Sequence record: DRR723986_6706
Strand: one strand, 5' to 3'
DNA: 33,512 nucleotides
The translations under genes were made by a program, and so were the position numbers. Under the pieces are notes generated by a model. The model saw only the letters and a list, made by a program, of their open reading frames with translations, was not told the origin of the DNA and did no database searches. Shown one piece after another: positions 8,473 through 18,857 of this stretch (position 1 is the stretch's first letter; every line of letters begins with the position of its first letter).

Positions 8473-8634
8473 ATGGCCAAATACGAATGCATCGTGTGTG
8501 GGTTTATTTATGACGAAGCACTTGGTCTTCCTGAGGACGGAATCCCCCCAGGCACAAAATGGGAGGACATACCGGACGACTGGACATGCTTTGAATGCAG
8601 CTGCCCCAAAACCGACTTTGAACTACTTAAATGA
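8473..8634 (+). CDS. Rubredoxin, AlkG2-like (53 aa, absent from the ORF track)
   Basis: My translation: MAKYECIVCGFIYDEALGLPEDGIPPGTKWEDIPDDWTCFECSCPKTDFELLK. Confidence 0.92.
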   Translation: MAKYECIVCGFIYDEALGLPEDGIPPGTKWEDIPDDWTCFECSCPKTDFELLK

Positions 8635-8646
8635 AAGATCATTACA

Positions 8647-10788
8647 ATGAAAAACAATAAACTTGGAATATCACTTTTTCCACTCCTAACCGCTGCGGCG
8701 GTTTTAACCCTGAGTGCCTGCTCGAACGGGTTCAACAAATATATTAGCAATGGCATAGACGCCACACCGCAGAAGAGCACAGCGAATACCGACTGGCCGA
8801 TGCACGGGAACAACCGCTACGAACAACGCTTTTCTGAACTTACCGATATCAACGCTAAAAATATCTCTGAACTTGGGCTTGCCTGGTATATCGACCTTCC
8901 TGAAAATCGCGGCCAGGAAGCAACGCCTCTGATTATCAATGGAGTGATGTATACGACCTCAGCATGGAACCATGTTCATGCATTGAATGCCAAAACCGGT
9001 GAAATACTCTGGCAGTACGACCCGAAGGTTCCGAAAAAACAAGGAATTAAAGGCTGCTGCGATTCAGTCACCCGCGGCCTGGCCTACGACAAAGGCCGCG
9101 TTATTCAGGCTACCCTCGATGGCCGCCTGATCGCCCTGGATGCCAAATCTGGTATTCCATTATGGGAAACCCGCACCTTCAAAAACACACTCAACTACAC
9201 AATCACTGGTGCTCCTCGCGTGGCCAGGGGAAAAGTTTATATCGGTAATGGCGGAGCAGAATACGGGGTTCGAGGCTATATCTCAGCCTATGATATAAAT
9301 AGCGGTAAACTTGTGTGGCGCTTTTATACCGTCCCCAGCTCCAAAAACTTAGATTCTGGCGTTGAGCCAGAGGCGTTGATGGCCAAAACCTGGTCGGCAC
9401 AGGGCAGCGATCTGGAGAAAGGTGGTACAGTCTGGGACAGCATCGTTTACGACCCTGACACCAACAGTATTATCTTCGGTGTCGGCAATGGGTCTCCCTG
9501 GAATCCGAATATTCGCTCACCTGGCGGCGGCGATAATCTATTCCTTTCCTCTATCGTGTCGGTGAACGCCGACACCGGCAACTACAATTGGCACTATCAG
9601 ACTACACCAGGGGAAGCTTGGGACTACACCGCAACGCAACCGATCGTCCTTGCTGATATGGAATTCGATGGCACGATGCGTAAAGTCGCCATCCAGGCTC
9701 CAAAGAACGGCTTTCTTTACATCCTCGACCGCATTAACGGCAAGTTGCTATCAGCTAAACCCTTTGTAGACGTCACCTGGGCCTCGCATGTCGATATGAC
9801 AACCGGCCGACCGGTAGTAAATCCGGAAGCCGAATATTGGAAGACTGGGAAGCCGGCTCTGGTCATGCCGTCATGGATGGGAGGACACAATTGGCACCCG
9901 ATGGCCTTTAACCCCAACAACAATGTCATCTATATCCCCACCCAAACATCAGCATTTCCCTACCTTGCTGAAGATGAACAAACACCGTCAAAACTGGCAG
10001 TAAACCTCGGTGTCGACACAAAGGCTGCGAACCTGCCCGATGACCCAAAAGTTATCCAGGCAGTTAAAGATGCAACCAGCGGGGCACTACTCGCAAGAGA
10101 CCTAAGAACTGGAAAGGATTTATGGAAGGTCGGATATCCCGGCGTCTGGAACGGCGGTGTGCTAGCCACTGCGGGTGAAATCATTTTTCAGGGATCGGCG
10201 ACTGGTTACGTAAACGCCTACCGCGCCGACAATGGTGAAAGGTTGTGGCGTTTCAATGCGCAAACCGGCGTCGTGGCACCACCGGTGACATACAAAATTG
10301 ATGGCGAACAATATATTGCGGTCAATGCTGGCTGGGGTGGTATTATGCCATTGATGACTGGTGAGCTGACAAAGGATGCCGCTCAGCAATATCCACGTAA
10401 CATCAGTCGACTACTTGTCTTCAAACTCGGTGCTAGTGCAAAGTTACCTGTCGATGATCGCGTGGCCCTACAGATGGCTCCAGTCACAACACAGATCGAC
10501 AAAGATGCCGCACACAAGGGTTTTGAGACATACGACCGCTACTGCGTCGTCTGCCACGGAGGTGGTGGTGTAGGTGGTGGAGTTGTGCCGGACCTTCGCT
10601 TTTCAGGCATTACCCAATCGGAAGAAGCCTGGGCTTCGGTAGTTCTAGGCGGCATACTCGAAAGCCGCGGCATGGTGTCATTCAAATCTGAACTGGATGC
10701 CGGGGATGCGGAAAATATTCGCCAGTTTATTCTTGATCGAATTCGCTATGCACACGAGGTTGGCGATACCAGCCGGCCGTATCGTTAA
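8647..10788 (+). CDS. PQQ-dependent quinohemoprotein (type II) alcohol dehydrogenase, probable lipoprotein
   Basis: Lipobox LSAC; RGQEATP; vicinal CC in GCCD; GNGGAE; WDYTATQ; GGHNW; C-terminal heme motif CVVCH. Confidence 0.92.
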   Translation: MKNNKLGISLFPLLTAAAVLTLSACSNGFNKYISNGIDATPQKSTANTDWPMHGNNRYEQRFSELTDINAKNISELGLAWYIDLPENRGQEATPLIINGVMYTTSAWNHVHALNAKTGEILWQYDPKVPKKQGIKGCCDSVTRGLAYDKGRVIQATLDGRLIALDAKSGIPLWETRTFKNTLNYTITGAPRVARGKVYIGNGGAEYGVRGYISAYDINSGKLVWRFYTVPSSKNLDSGVEPEALMAKTWSAQGSDLEKGGTVWDSIVYDPDTNSIIFGVGNGSPWNPNIRSPGGGDNLFLSSIVSVNADTGNYNWHYQTTPGEAWDYTATQPIVLADMEFDGTMRKVAIQAPKNGFLYILDRINGKLLSAKPFVDVTWASHVDMTTGRPVVNPEAEYWKTGKPALVMPSWMGGHNWHPMAFNPNNNVIYIPTQTSAFPYLAEDEQTPSKLAVNLGVDTKAANLPDDPKVIQAVKDATSGALLARDLRTGKDLWKVGYPGVWNGGVLATAGEIIFQGSATGYVNAYRADNGERLWRFNAQTGVVAPPVTYKIDGEQYIAVNAGWGGIMPLMTGELTKDAAQQYPRNISRLLVFKLGASAKLPVDDRVALQMAPVTTQIDKDAAHKGFETYDRYCVVCHGGGGVGGGVVPDLRFSGITQSEEAWASVVLGGILESRGMVSFKSELDAGDAENIRQFILDRIRYAHEVGDTSRPYR

Positions 10789-10847
10789 TCCAATAGTGAA
10801 CGTTGTCCCTCGTCAGTAAATAATAACAGCGTTTCCCGAGGTTCCAG

Positions 10848-11474
10848 ATGAGTTTTTACGATAATAAAATCCTTCCTCATATTCTAGATACCCTCTGTAG
10901 CCACGGGGCAGTGATGAGCCAACGTGAACGTGTTGTACCACGTGCACGCGGAGTGGTTCTCGAAGTCGGTATGGGTAGTGGCATCAATTTGCCGCTTTAC
11001 AACCCTGATATCGTTGATTTCGTCTGGGGACTTGAACCAGCAGAGGGAATGCGCAAAAAAGCCCTGCCCAACTTGGCCAAGTCACCAGTCGAAGTAAAAT
11101 GGCTGGATCTGCCAGGGGAGAAAATTCCACTCGACGACGAGAGCGTCGATACAGTATTGCTGACCTATACCCTTTGCACTATATCCGACTGGCAAAGCGC
11201 CCTTGAACAAATGCATCGTGTGCTTAAACACGAAGGGAAACTGCTGTTTTGTGAACATGGCCATTCGTGTCATGAACCGGTCTCAAAATGGCAACACAGG
11301 ATTACACCAATGTGGAAGAAACTAGCCGGCGGCTGTCATCTGAACCGATCGATCAGCGAAATGATTTCGTCAAGTGGATTCACCATTACCGAGCTCGATA
11401 ACTGCTATATGGAGAGCTTTCCGAAAATCACCGGTTATATGTATATCGGTGAAGCAGAAAAACAGATCGATTGA
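10848..11474 (+). CDS. Class I SAM-dependent methyltransferase
   Basis: VLEVGMGSG motif I; DTVLLTYTLC; LLFCEHG; GGCHLNR. Confidence 0.88.
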   Translation: MSFYDNKILPHILDTLCSHGAVMSQRERVVPRARGVVLEVGMGSGINLPLYNPDIVDFVWGLEPAEGMRKKALPNLAKSPVEVKWLDLPGEKIPLDDESVDTVLLTYTLCTISDWQSALEQMHRVLKHEGKLLFCEHGHSCHEPVSKWQHRITPMWKKLAGGCHLNRSISEMISSSGFTITELDNCYMESFPKITGYMYIGEAEKQID

Positions 11475-11477
11475 TAC

Positions 11478-11519
11478 ATACGCCCGCCGTTTCTAGACAA
11501 TAACTTGCGGCGGGGTGTA
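11478..11519. terminator. GC-rich hairpin between the methyltransferase and araC
   Basis: TACGCCCGCCG...CGGCGGGGTGTA imperfect inverted repeat; no clear U-tract. Confidence 0.35.
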
Positions 11520-11556
11520 GTATCAGGATTCTGGTAGCGACGTATGCAACTCGACT

Positions 11557-12546
11557 ATGATGAATAATAATATTGACGAGGTTTTACAATCGGTCTTCGA
11601 AAACAGCTCCGATCCTGACGATGCTTGTGAGCGAGTCAGCGCGTTGTACCAGCCCCATGATCTGAAGCTATGCCACCCCAGAGACCAACTACGCGCACAG
11701 ATGAAACACCGCGACGTTCGCGACACTTCCCTGAGCCGCCTACTCTACAATGCTGAAATCCAAATAGACTCCGAGCCGTTTAAAGATTTTTATCTGGTCA
11801 TGCTGCCAAGTAGTGGCCATTTCAATGTAAAACAAAACTTCATCGAAGGAGTTGCCTCCCCAAGCAAACCGATCATCCTCGATGCCGACAAACACATCGA
11901 TATGCGTTGGTCTGAGGACTGTAGTAACCTGATATACAAAGTTAACCGACGACTGCTCGATGAAACACTTTATCAGAGTTATGGCATAGAAGCTAAAAAC
12001 GCGGTTGAATTCAACTCATCAACAACCGGACTCGCCTCACTGTCTGAATTTTCGGAAGCACTGGGAAATTTTCTGATTAACAACCCCTACGCAAATGACA
12101 TGGCGAAAAATCCCGAACTGTTCGAAAAAATTGAACAAGTGCTTGCGTTATCTCTACTCTCACAAGGAAACAGTTATAGCGAAGCAATCCTCAACGCTAA
12201 GTACGGGGTTAGACCTCGGGTGGTCATCAGGGCCAAAGAATTTATTGAAGAAAATTACACCCGCAAGCTGACAGTGTTGGATATCGCTAACGCAGTTGGT
12301 GTAAGTGCAAGAAGTCTACAGAAAGGCTTCGAACAGTACGAGCACACCACCCCTATGCTGTACCTACGTAAATGGCGTTTGCGTCGGGCGCGGGAACTGC
12401 TGGTTTTTTCTAGAAACCAGAATATTCGGGTCAAAGTTTCAGATATCGCCATGAGTTGCGGCTTTTTTCATTTCGGCAATTTCAGCAAACTCTACTGTGA
12501 ATCATTTGGGGAAACTCCGTCCAAAACCCTGTCTGGAAGGCTTTGA
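11557..12546 (+). CDS. AraC-family transcriptional regulator
   Basis: C-terminal double HTH (DIANAVGVSARSLQKGF ... VSDIAMSCGFFHFGNFSKLYCESFGETPS). Confidence 0.92.
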   Translation: MMNNNIDEVLQSVFENSSDPDDACERVSALYQPHDLKLCHPRDQLRAQMKHRDVRDTSLSRLLYNAEIQIDSEPFKDFYLVMLPSSGHFNVKQNFIEGVASPSKPIILDADKHIDMRWSEDCSNLIYKVNRRLLDETLYQSYGIEAKNAVEFNSSTTGLASLSEFSEALGNFLINNPYANDMAKNPELFEKIEQVLALSLLSQGNSYSEAILNAKYGVRPRVVIRAKEFIEENYTRKLTVLDIANAVGVSARSLQKGFEQYEHTTPMLYLRKWRLRRARELLVFSRNQNIRVKVSDIAMSCGFFHFGNFSKLYCESFGETPSKTLSGRL

Positions 12547-12568
12547 GCCTACCCTTTATAGAAGACTT

Positions 12569-13006
12569 TCAGGACAGCAACGCCGTCCCAAGCTGATAAG
12601 ACTTACCTCGCATCACTGCGATAATCAGTCCCTCTTGATTTTCCACGCAGACATCATAGACCCCGGTTCGACGGCCACGGGAGACTTCACAGCAACTTGC
12701 CCTCAAGGTATCGCCAAGCTTACCGGGTTTAACATATTCGATACTACATCCCTGCGCTACAGTCACTTTATTGTATGTGTTGCATGCAAAGGCAAATGCG
12801 GTATCCGCAAGCGAAAAAATGTATCCACCGTGACAACTGCCATGTCCCTGGATCATGTAATCCTGCACTGACATCGTGATTGTAGCGGTGCCGGGCGACA
12901 CCGATTCGACATTCATCTGCAGGTGGCGGCTGGCGTCATCTCTTTGCATCAAGACCTCCGCACAGCGCTCCGCGAGCTCCTGAGCAGTGAGGCTTTCTAC
13001 TGCCAT
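12569..13006 (-). CDS. paaI: Hydroxyphenylacetyl-CoA thioesterase
   Basis: CHGGYIFSLADTAFAFACN hotdog-fold motif; start set at ATG 13006 after GGAG. Confidence 0.92.
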   Translation of the reverse strand: MAVESLTAQELAERCAEVLMQRDDASRHLQMNVESVSPGTATITMSVQDYMIQGHGSCHGGYIFSLADTAFAFACNTYNKVTVAQGCSIEYVKPGKLGDTLRASCCEVSRGRRTGVYDVCVENQEGLIIAVMRGKSYQLGTALLS

Positions 13007-13045
13007 GAATAGTTCTCCCACCTAGCCGCTATTTTGGTGATCGAC

Positions 13046-14137
13046 TTACTTCTCATCAAAGTTGACGACGACCTTCTCGGAAATCGGGTGCGCCTGACAA
13101 GTCAGTATATAGCCACGTTTAAGATCACTTTCTTCGAGGCCATGAGTAATATCCTGATCCACCTCGCCTTCAACCAACAGAGCCTTGCAGGTAGAGCAAA
13201 CGCCGCCTTTACAGCTATACGGTAGATCCATACCGTGACTCATGCCGGCATCTAGGATATTTTCGCCATCGGCGGCGAGATCGAAGGAACTTCCACGACC
13301 ATCAAAAATAACCGTGACCTCGCTGGTCTTTCCAGCGTAAGCGTTAGCGCGAGCATGGTGTTTCTCAATTACGGCACTGGCATCGTCGGCAGAGGCCCCA
13401 AATAGCTCATAGCGTATACTGTTCTCTTCAATACCCAGTCCACGCAGGCCCCTTGATACCTCAGAGATCATCGACTCAGGGCCACAAATGTAATACTCAT
13501 CATAGGATTTCAAGTCGATTAACTGTGTACCGAGAGCGCGCCCTTTGGCGTTATCGATACGTCCGTTGAGAAGATCGACGCCCTGGTCTTCACGGCTGAG
13601 AATATTGATCCACTGAAAACGCGTCAGATACTGGTTTTTAAGAAAGCTGAGTGCGTCGCGAAACATGATCGACGTCGTGCGCTTGTTGCCGTAGATCAGT
13701 GTTAACCGGCTATTGCTCTCAACATCTAGGATCGACTTGATATTGGATAGAATCGGAGTAATACCACTACCGGACGCAATAAACAGATAGTTCTTCCTAT
13801 TCCCCTGACTGATATCAGCGCAGAAGTTGCCCTGTGGCGGCATAACCTCAATCTGTGCTCCTGCGACTAGAGCGTCATTCGCAAAATTAGAGAACTTACC
13901 ACCCTCGACACGTTTTACCGCGATCGTCATGGCAGCATCGTTGATACCAGAGCAGATCGAATAGGAACGTTGTACCGACTCACCGTCGATATTGGCCCGC
14001 AGGGTGAGGTACTGGCCCGGCCGATATTTGTACAGTTCAGCTTGTTGCGCTTCGACATTAAAGCCAATCACAACGGCCGAATCCGTTTCTTTCTGCACAC
14101 TGGAAATGGTCAGCGGCTGGAATCCTCTCGTACTCAT
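13046..14137 (-). CDS. paaE: Phenylacetyl-CoA epoxidase reductase subunit
   Basis: PGQYLTL, RSYSI, GSGITP, CGP; C-terminal 2Fe-2S motif CKGGVCSTC...CQAHP. Confidence 0.93.
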   Translation of the reverse strand: MSTRGFQPLTISSVQKETDSAVVIGFNVEAQQAELYKYRPGQYLTLRANIDGESVQRSYSICSGINDAAMTIAVKRVEGGKFSNFANDALVAGAQIEVMPPQGNFCADISQGNRKNYLFIASGSGITPILSNIKSILDVESNSRLTLIYGNKRTTSIMFRDALSFLKNQYLTRFQWINILSREDQGVDLLNGRIDNAKGRALGTQLIDLKSYDEYYICGPESMISEVSRGLRGLGIEENSIRYELFGASADDASAVIEKHHARANAYAGKTSEVTVIFDGRGSSFDLAADGENILDAGMSHGMDLPYSCKGGVCSTCKALLVEGEVDQDITHGLEESDLKRGYILTCQAHPISEKVVVNFDEK

Positions 14138-14164
14138 TATCCCGATTCTCTCTTATCTTAATCG

Positions 14165-14686
14165 TTACAGATTCTTAAAATAGTCAAACGGCTCACTACA
14201 GCTTCGGCACTGATAGAGTGCCTTACACGCGGTGGAGCCAAAGTGGCTTACCAGTTTGATATCGAAGGAACCACAGTGCGGACAAGCAATACCTTCATCA
14301 TCTTTTTGCGACGGCGCTATACCGTAATCCGCCAGCTTTCGCTTTGCCTCAACAGACATCCAGCTGGTCGACCAGGCCGGGTGAAGTTGACGCAAGACCT
14401 CAACCCGTTCATAGCCTGCATTTTTCAGGCAGAGCTCAATATCCTCCGCCATAGCGTTAATGGCAGGGCATCCGGAATACGTCGGCGTGATGGATACGGT
14501 TACCGCTCCGTCTGTTACCAGCACATCCTGAAGCACGCCCAGCTCCCAGATACTGATTACCGGCACCTCGGGATCCTTGACACTGTCGAGCAGGTTCCAT
14601 ATCTCCGGCACTACTGAAGAATGTCGACGCTCACGGCGCTCAAACTCTTCCTGCGGCAGAATCGGGATAAGGTTGTTTTCACTCAC
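14165..14686 (-). CDS. paaD: Phenylacetyl-CoA epoxidase subunit D
   Basis: DPEVPVISI, TPTYSGCPA, CPHCGS, FGSTACKALYQC..C.EPFDYFK. Confidence 0.95.
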   Translation of the reverse strand: MSENNLIPILPQEEFERRERRHSSVVPEIWNLLDSVKDPEVPVISIWELGVLQDVLVTDGAVTVSITPTYSGCPAINAMAEDIELCLKNAGYERVEVLRQLHPAWSTSWMSVEAKRKLADYGIAPSQKDDEGIACPHCGSFDIKLVSHFGSTACKALYQCRSCSEPFDYFKNL

Positions 14687-14704
14687 AAACCGGATCCTCG
14701 TCAG

Positions 14705-15481
14705 TTACCAGGTACAACCCGGGTACGCACGCTGAACAAACTGCATTTCCGACAAGAGGTGTCCCAAGTGCTCCGTGTGAAAACCTGTACGCCCGCCTTT
14801 TACGCGCCAGGCCACATCCGGTAAGGTCACGCCGGCCTCGGCAAAGGTGGCATCACAGGCTGAACGCCAACCCTGTTCAAGACTCGCTCTGTCTACAGCA
14901 ACACCCTTCTCAGCCAGCTCCGTTTCCAGCGCGTCCATTTCAAACAGTTCGGGCGTGTAGCCAATCAACTGTTCCAGCGCAGTTTGCAGCCGCGCCCTGC
15001 TCTCCTCAGTTCCATTCCCCAGGCGCAACATCCATTCTTTGCTACGACGCAGGTGGTAGAGAGTTTCTTTCAGTGACTTTTCGGCAATTGCCGCTAGTGT
15101 TTCATCAGCGGACTGCGTCAGTGCCGTCAGGAACAGCAGTTCGAATTCATCCAGCAAATACTGTCTTGCGGTGGTGAAGGCGAAGTCGCCTCGCGGTAAT
15201 TCATAGATCAGCAGGTTGGTGTAGTCCAGACAGTCTCGGTCGTAAGCCAGTGTGTCTTCAGTAACACCTTCACCCGTCAATTCTGCCGCGTAGGTCAGGA
15301 AGTTACGTGCGCGACCGATATAGTCCAGAGCCACATTGGTCATAGCCAGATCTTCCTCGAGGAAAGGGCCGTTACTGCACCACTCGCTCAGACGATGGCC
15401 GTGAATAACGGAGTCATCGCCAAGCCGGATGGCATAAGCCGCAAGATCTTGTTGGTTATCAGTAGTCATACGCGGGCTCAC
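14705..15481 (-). CDS. paaC: Phenylacetyl-CoA epoxidase subunit C (start may be ATG 15469)
   Basis: LEEDLAMTNVALD, KETLYH, RLGNGTEES, HTEHLGHLLSEMQ, ends in W. Confidence 0.95.
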   Translation of the reverse strand: MSPRMTTDNQQDLAAYAIRLGDDSVIHGHRLSEWCSNGPFLEEDLAMTNVALDYIGRARNFLTYAAELTGEGVTEDTLAYDRDCLDYTNLLIYELPRGDFAFTTARQYLLDEFELLFLTALTQSADETLAAIAEKSLKETLYHLRRSKEWMLRLGNGTEESRARLQTALEQLIGYTPELFEMDALETELAEKGVAVDRASLEQGWRSACDATFAEAGVTLPDVAWRVKGGRTGFHTEHLGHLLSEMQFVQRAYPGCTW

Positions 15482-15765
15482 ATATTGTTAACTTTATCGG
15501 GAAGCTGGTAATGCGTCGCATGGCGATATGGCTTGTCATCCAGCGGGTCATAAAAGCTATCGCAGTCGCTTTCCTGAGAAGCACAAATGTCCGACGAATT
15601 AACCACCCAGATGCTGATACCTTCCCCGCGACGGGTATAGACATCACGCGCGTATTCCAAGGCCTGCTCGGCATCTTCAGCGTGCAGACTACCGACATGC
15701 TTGTGATCGAGACCGCGACGGCCGCGAACGAACACTTCATACAACTTCATATTGGATTGAGACAT
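15478..15765 (-). CDS. paaB: Phenylacetyl-CoA epoxidase subunit B
   Basis: YEVFVR..GLDHKHVGSLHA...ARDVYTRR.EGISIWVV...DKPYRH. Confidence 0.96.
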   Translation of the reverse strand: MSQSNMKLYEVFVRGRRGLDHKHVGSLHAEDAEQALEYARDVYTRRGEGISIWVVNSSDICASQESDCDSFYDPLDDKPYRHATHYQLPDKVNNM

Positions 15766-15777
15766 GGTTTCTATTCC

Positions 15778-16749
15778 TCAAGCAGTGCGGGCTGCAGATC
15801 TTTTACTTTCGTAGGCATCGAGCGCTTCGCGAACCCAGGCGCCCTCGTCATGGGCGCGGCGATGATGTGCAACACGGTCGCGGTTACAGTGTCCGTTTCC
15901 GGCGATGACTGAATAAAACTCCTCCCAGTCGATTTCGCCGAAATCGTAATGCCCACGCTCCTCATTCCAGCGCAGATCCGGGTCTGGCAGCGTCAAGCCA
16001 ATCGCTTCTGCTTGCTCTACACTTTGATCTACAAACTTCTGACGCAACTCGTCGTTGGACTGCCGTTTAATTTTCCAAGTCATAGACTGACCAGAGTGCT
16101 GGGAATCCGAATCGTGGGGGCCGAACATCATCAGCGATGGCCACCAGAAGCGATTCACCGAATCCTGAGCCATCTTGCGCTGACGCTCGTCGCCCTCCAT
16201 CAGGGTCATCAGAATGTGGTAGCCCTGACGCTGATGGAAACTTTCCTCTTTACAGATGCGCACCATGCCTCGGGCGTAGGGACCATAGGAGGTCCGTTGC
16301 AGCGAAACCTGATTTACGATGGCAGCACCATCAACCAGCCAGCCAATTGCGCCCATATCTGCCCAAGATAACGACGGGTAGTTAAAAATAGAGGCATACT
16401 TGGCAGCCCCGGTATGCAGCGCATCAATCAGCTCTTCCCTTGAAATACCCAGGGTTTCAGCAGCGCTATACAGATACAGGCCATGACCGGCTTCATCCTG
16501 AACCTTAGCCAGCAATACCGCTTTCCGATGCAAACTTGGCGCACGGGTAATCCAGTTACCCTCGGGCTGCATGCCAATCACTTCCGAATGTGCGTGCTGT
16601 GAGATCTGGCGAATCAGATTTTTGCGGTATGCCTGCGGCATCCAGTCTTTAGGCTCGATTTTTTCTTCGTTATCTATGCGGCGTTGAAATTCGGCTTCCA
16701 GCGTCTTTTCATCGGCAGAACGATTCATTTCATTCGTTGATAAACTCAT
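15778..16749 (-). CDS. paaA: Phenylacetyl-CoA epoxidase subunit A (diiron)
   Basis: [44 protein letters not shown]. Confidence 0.97.
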   Translation of the reverse strand: MSLSTNEMNRSADEKTLEAEFQRRIDNEEKIEPKDWMPQAYRKNLIRQISQHAHSEVIGMQPEGNWITRAPSLHRKAVLLAKVQDEAGHGLYLYSAAETLGISREELIDALHTGAAKYASIFNYPSLSWADMGAIGWLVDGAAIVNQVSLQRTSYGPYARGMVRICKEESFHQRQGYHILMTLMEGDERQRKMAQDSVNRFWWPSLMMFGPHDSDSQHSGQSMTWKIKRQSNDELRQKFVDQSVEQAEAIGLTLPDPDLRWNEERGHYDFGEIDWEEFYSVIAGNGHCNRDRVAHHRRAHDEGAWVREALDAYESKRSAARTA

Positions 16750-16761
16750 GGCTCATTCCTC

Positions 16762-17979
16762 TTAGTCAGAAACACGTTCAATAACCAGCGCAATGCCCTG
16801 GCCTACCCCGATACACATAGTGCACAGCGCATAACGCTGCTTTTTTTCAATCAATTCATACATGGCGGTAGTCACCAACCGTGCGCCGCTCATCCCGAGA
16901 GGATGGCCGAGCGCGATGGCTCCGCCATTGGGATTAATACGCGGATCGTCGTCCTTCAACCCGAGGGCCCGGATAACCGCAAGCCCCTGGGACGCAAAAG
17001 CCTCATTCAACTCGATCACGTCCATATCATTGATACTCAGACCCACCAGCTCCAGTACCTTCTTCGAAGCTTCATAAGGGCCAAACCCCATTATCGCGGG
17101 TTCAAGACCACTGGAAGCCATACCCAAGATCTTGGCTTTTGGCTGCAGACCATGCTGCTTTACTCCATCAGTGGAGGCGATCAACAGCGCGCAAGCGCCA
17201 TCGTTAACACCAGACGCATTACCAGCGGTCACACTGCCACTCTCCCGAAACGGGGTCGGCAATCCTGATAATTTCTCGTAGGTTGTCCCGGGGCGGATAT
17301 GCTCATCCTTGTCAAAAACCACCGGATCACTCTTACGCTTTGGAATAGTGACTGGCGTCACTTCAATGTCGAAACGACCCGAGGTTTGCGCTGCATGGGC
17401 TTTGGCGTGGGAGCGTACTGCAAATGCGTCCTGGTCCTCTCGACTGATATTAAACTTGGCGGCCACGTTTTCTGCGGTCTCAGGCATGGAGTCTATGCCG
17501 TACTGCGCTTTAATGGACTTGTTAACAAAACGCCAACCAATGGTGGTGTCGTAGATTTCCGCTCGACGATCAAACGCCGATCCGGCTTTCGGCATAACAA
17601 ATGGCGCGCGGGACATGGATTCAACCCCCCCGGCAATCGCCAGATTAATCTCACCGGCGCGAATAGCGCGCGCTGCCGTTCCAACGGCATCAAGCCCCGA
17701 TCCACAAAGCCGGTTTATCGTCATACCCGGCACGCTCGCAGGCAGTCCCGCCAGCAGGGCACTCATTCGCGCAACGTTGCGATTGTCCTCACCAGCCTGG
17801 TTTGCGCAGCCGTAAAATACATCGTCGACTTTTTCCCAGTCGACAGAGGGATTTCGTTCCATAAGTGCCTTCATAGGCACGGCGCCCAAATCATCGGCGC
17901 GAACCTCGGCAAGCGTACCGGCATATCGACCGATCGCCGTGCGCTGAGCATCGCAGATATAAGCGACTAGCGGCTCCAT
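16762..17979 (-). CDS. paaJ: 3-oxoadipyl-CoA/3-oxo-5,6-dehydrosuberyl-CoA thiolase
   Basis: GCANQAGEDNRNVARM, NRLCGSG, NEAF, GHPLG and MCIGVGQG all intact. Confidence 0.93.
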   Translation of the reverse strand: MEPLVAYICDAQRTAIGRYAGTLAEVRADDLGAVPMKALMERNPSVDWEKVDDVFYGCANQAGEDNRNVARMSALLAGLPASVPGMTINRLCGSGLDAVGTAARAIRAGEINLAIAGGVESMSRAPFVMPKAGSAFDRRAEIYDTTIGWRFVNKSIKAQYGIDSMPETAENVAAKFNISREDQDAFAVRSHAKAHAAQTSGRFDIEVTPVTIPKRKSDPVVFDKDEHIRPGTTYEKLSGLPTPFRESGSVTAGNASGVNDGACALLIASTDGVKQHGLQPKAKILGMASSGLEPAIMGFGPYEASKKVLELVGLSINDMDVIELNEAFASQGLAVIRALGLKDDDPRINPNGGAIALGHPLGMSGARLVTTAMYELIEKKQRYALCTMCIGVGQGIALVIERVSD

Positions 17980-18043
17980 TGATTATCTCCGTTCATCTTC
18001 TTGTCTTATTGACGCGGCGCGAGCGAAACTCGCATTCTAAAAA

Positions 18044-18835
18044 CTAGCGACCGACAAATTCAGGGGTGCGCTTATTCATAAACGCATCGACTCCAGCCTT
18101 GTAGTCTTGTGTTTGCCCGGCTGCACGCATCAACTCTTTTTCCAACTCGAGCTGCTCATCCAGTGTATTTGTGGCCGACGCATACAAGGCTTGCTTAGTA
18201 AAAGCAAAGCCCTTCGTCGGCTGTGCAGCAAGAGTGGTCGCCATCTCACGAGACTGCTCAACGAGTTGATCGTCATCAATAACGTCCCAAATCATGCCCC
18301 ACTCTTTTGCCTGCTCTGCCGAAATTTTTGGGCCGAGCATCGCCACCGCTTTGGCGCGCGCCATGCCTAGAAGACGTGGTAAATGCCAGGTACCACCGGA
18401 ATCCGGGATCAAACCCAGCTTGCAGAACGACTCGATGAAGCTAGCAGATCTCGCGGCAATCACGATGTCGCAGGCCAACGCGATATTGGCACCCGCACCG
18501 GCAGCAACACCATTCACTGCACAGATCACCGGTTTTTCCATACTGGTAATCATCCTGACAACGGGGTTGTAGTACTTCTCTACCGAATCCCCTAGGTCGG
18601 GAGAAGCCTCACCCGGCGCGACCGCTCGGTCGTTCAAATCCTGTCCTGCACAAAAACCGCGGCCTTCGCCGGTTAGCAACACACAGCGTATCGATTGGTC
18701 ATCGGCGCAACGCGTCAACGCATCCCTAAACTCCAAATGCATTTCCACAGTAAAACTGTTCAGTGCCTCAGGACGATTTAGCGTAATGAAGGCAGTACCG
18801 GCCTCAACCACGAATCGAATATTTTTATAGTCCAT
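18044..18835 (-). CDS. paaG: Epoxyphenylacetyl-CoA isomerase (crotonase fold)
   Basis: GRGFCAGQDL, GVAAGAGANIALACD, LIPDSGGT (catalytic Asp); start set at ATG 18835. Confidence 0.93.
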   Translation of the reverse strand: MDYKNIRFVVEAGTAFITLNRPEALNSFTVEMHLEFRDALTRCADDQSIRCVLLTGEGRGFCAGQDLNDRAVAPGEASPDLGDSVEKYYNPVVRMITSMEKPVICAVNGVAAGAGANIALACDIVIAARSASFIESFCKLGLIPDSGGTWHLPRLLGMARAKAVAMLGPKISAEQAKEWGMIWDVIDDDQLVEQSREMATTLAAQPTKGFAFTKQALYASATNTLDEQLELEKELMRAAGQTQDYKAGVDAFMNKRTPEFVGR

Positions 18836-18857
18836 CGTCTTCCCCCCTATCTGCGAA

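Noticed and set aside
9619-9630. Lanthanide dependence of the PQQ ADH
   Set aside because: Motif is WDYT, lacking the extra Asp (D-x-D) of XoxF/PedH types; consistent with a Ca-dependent quinohemoprotein
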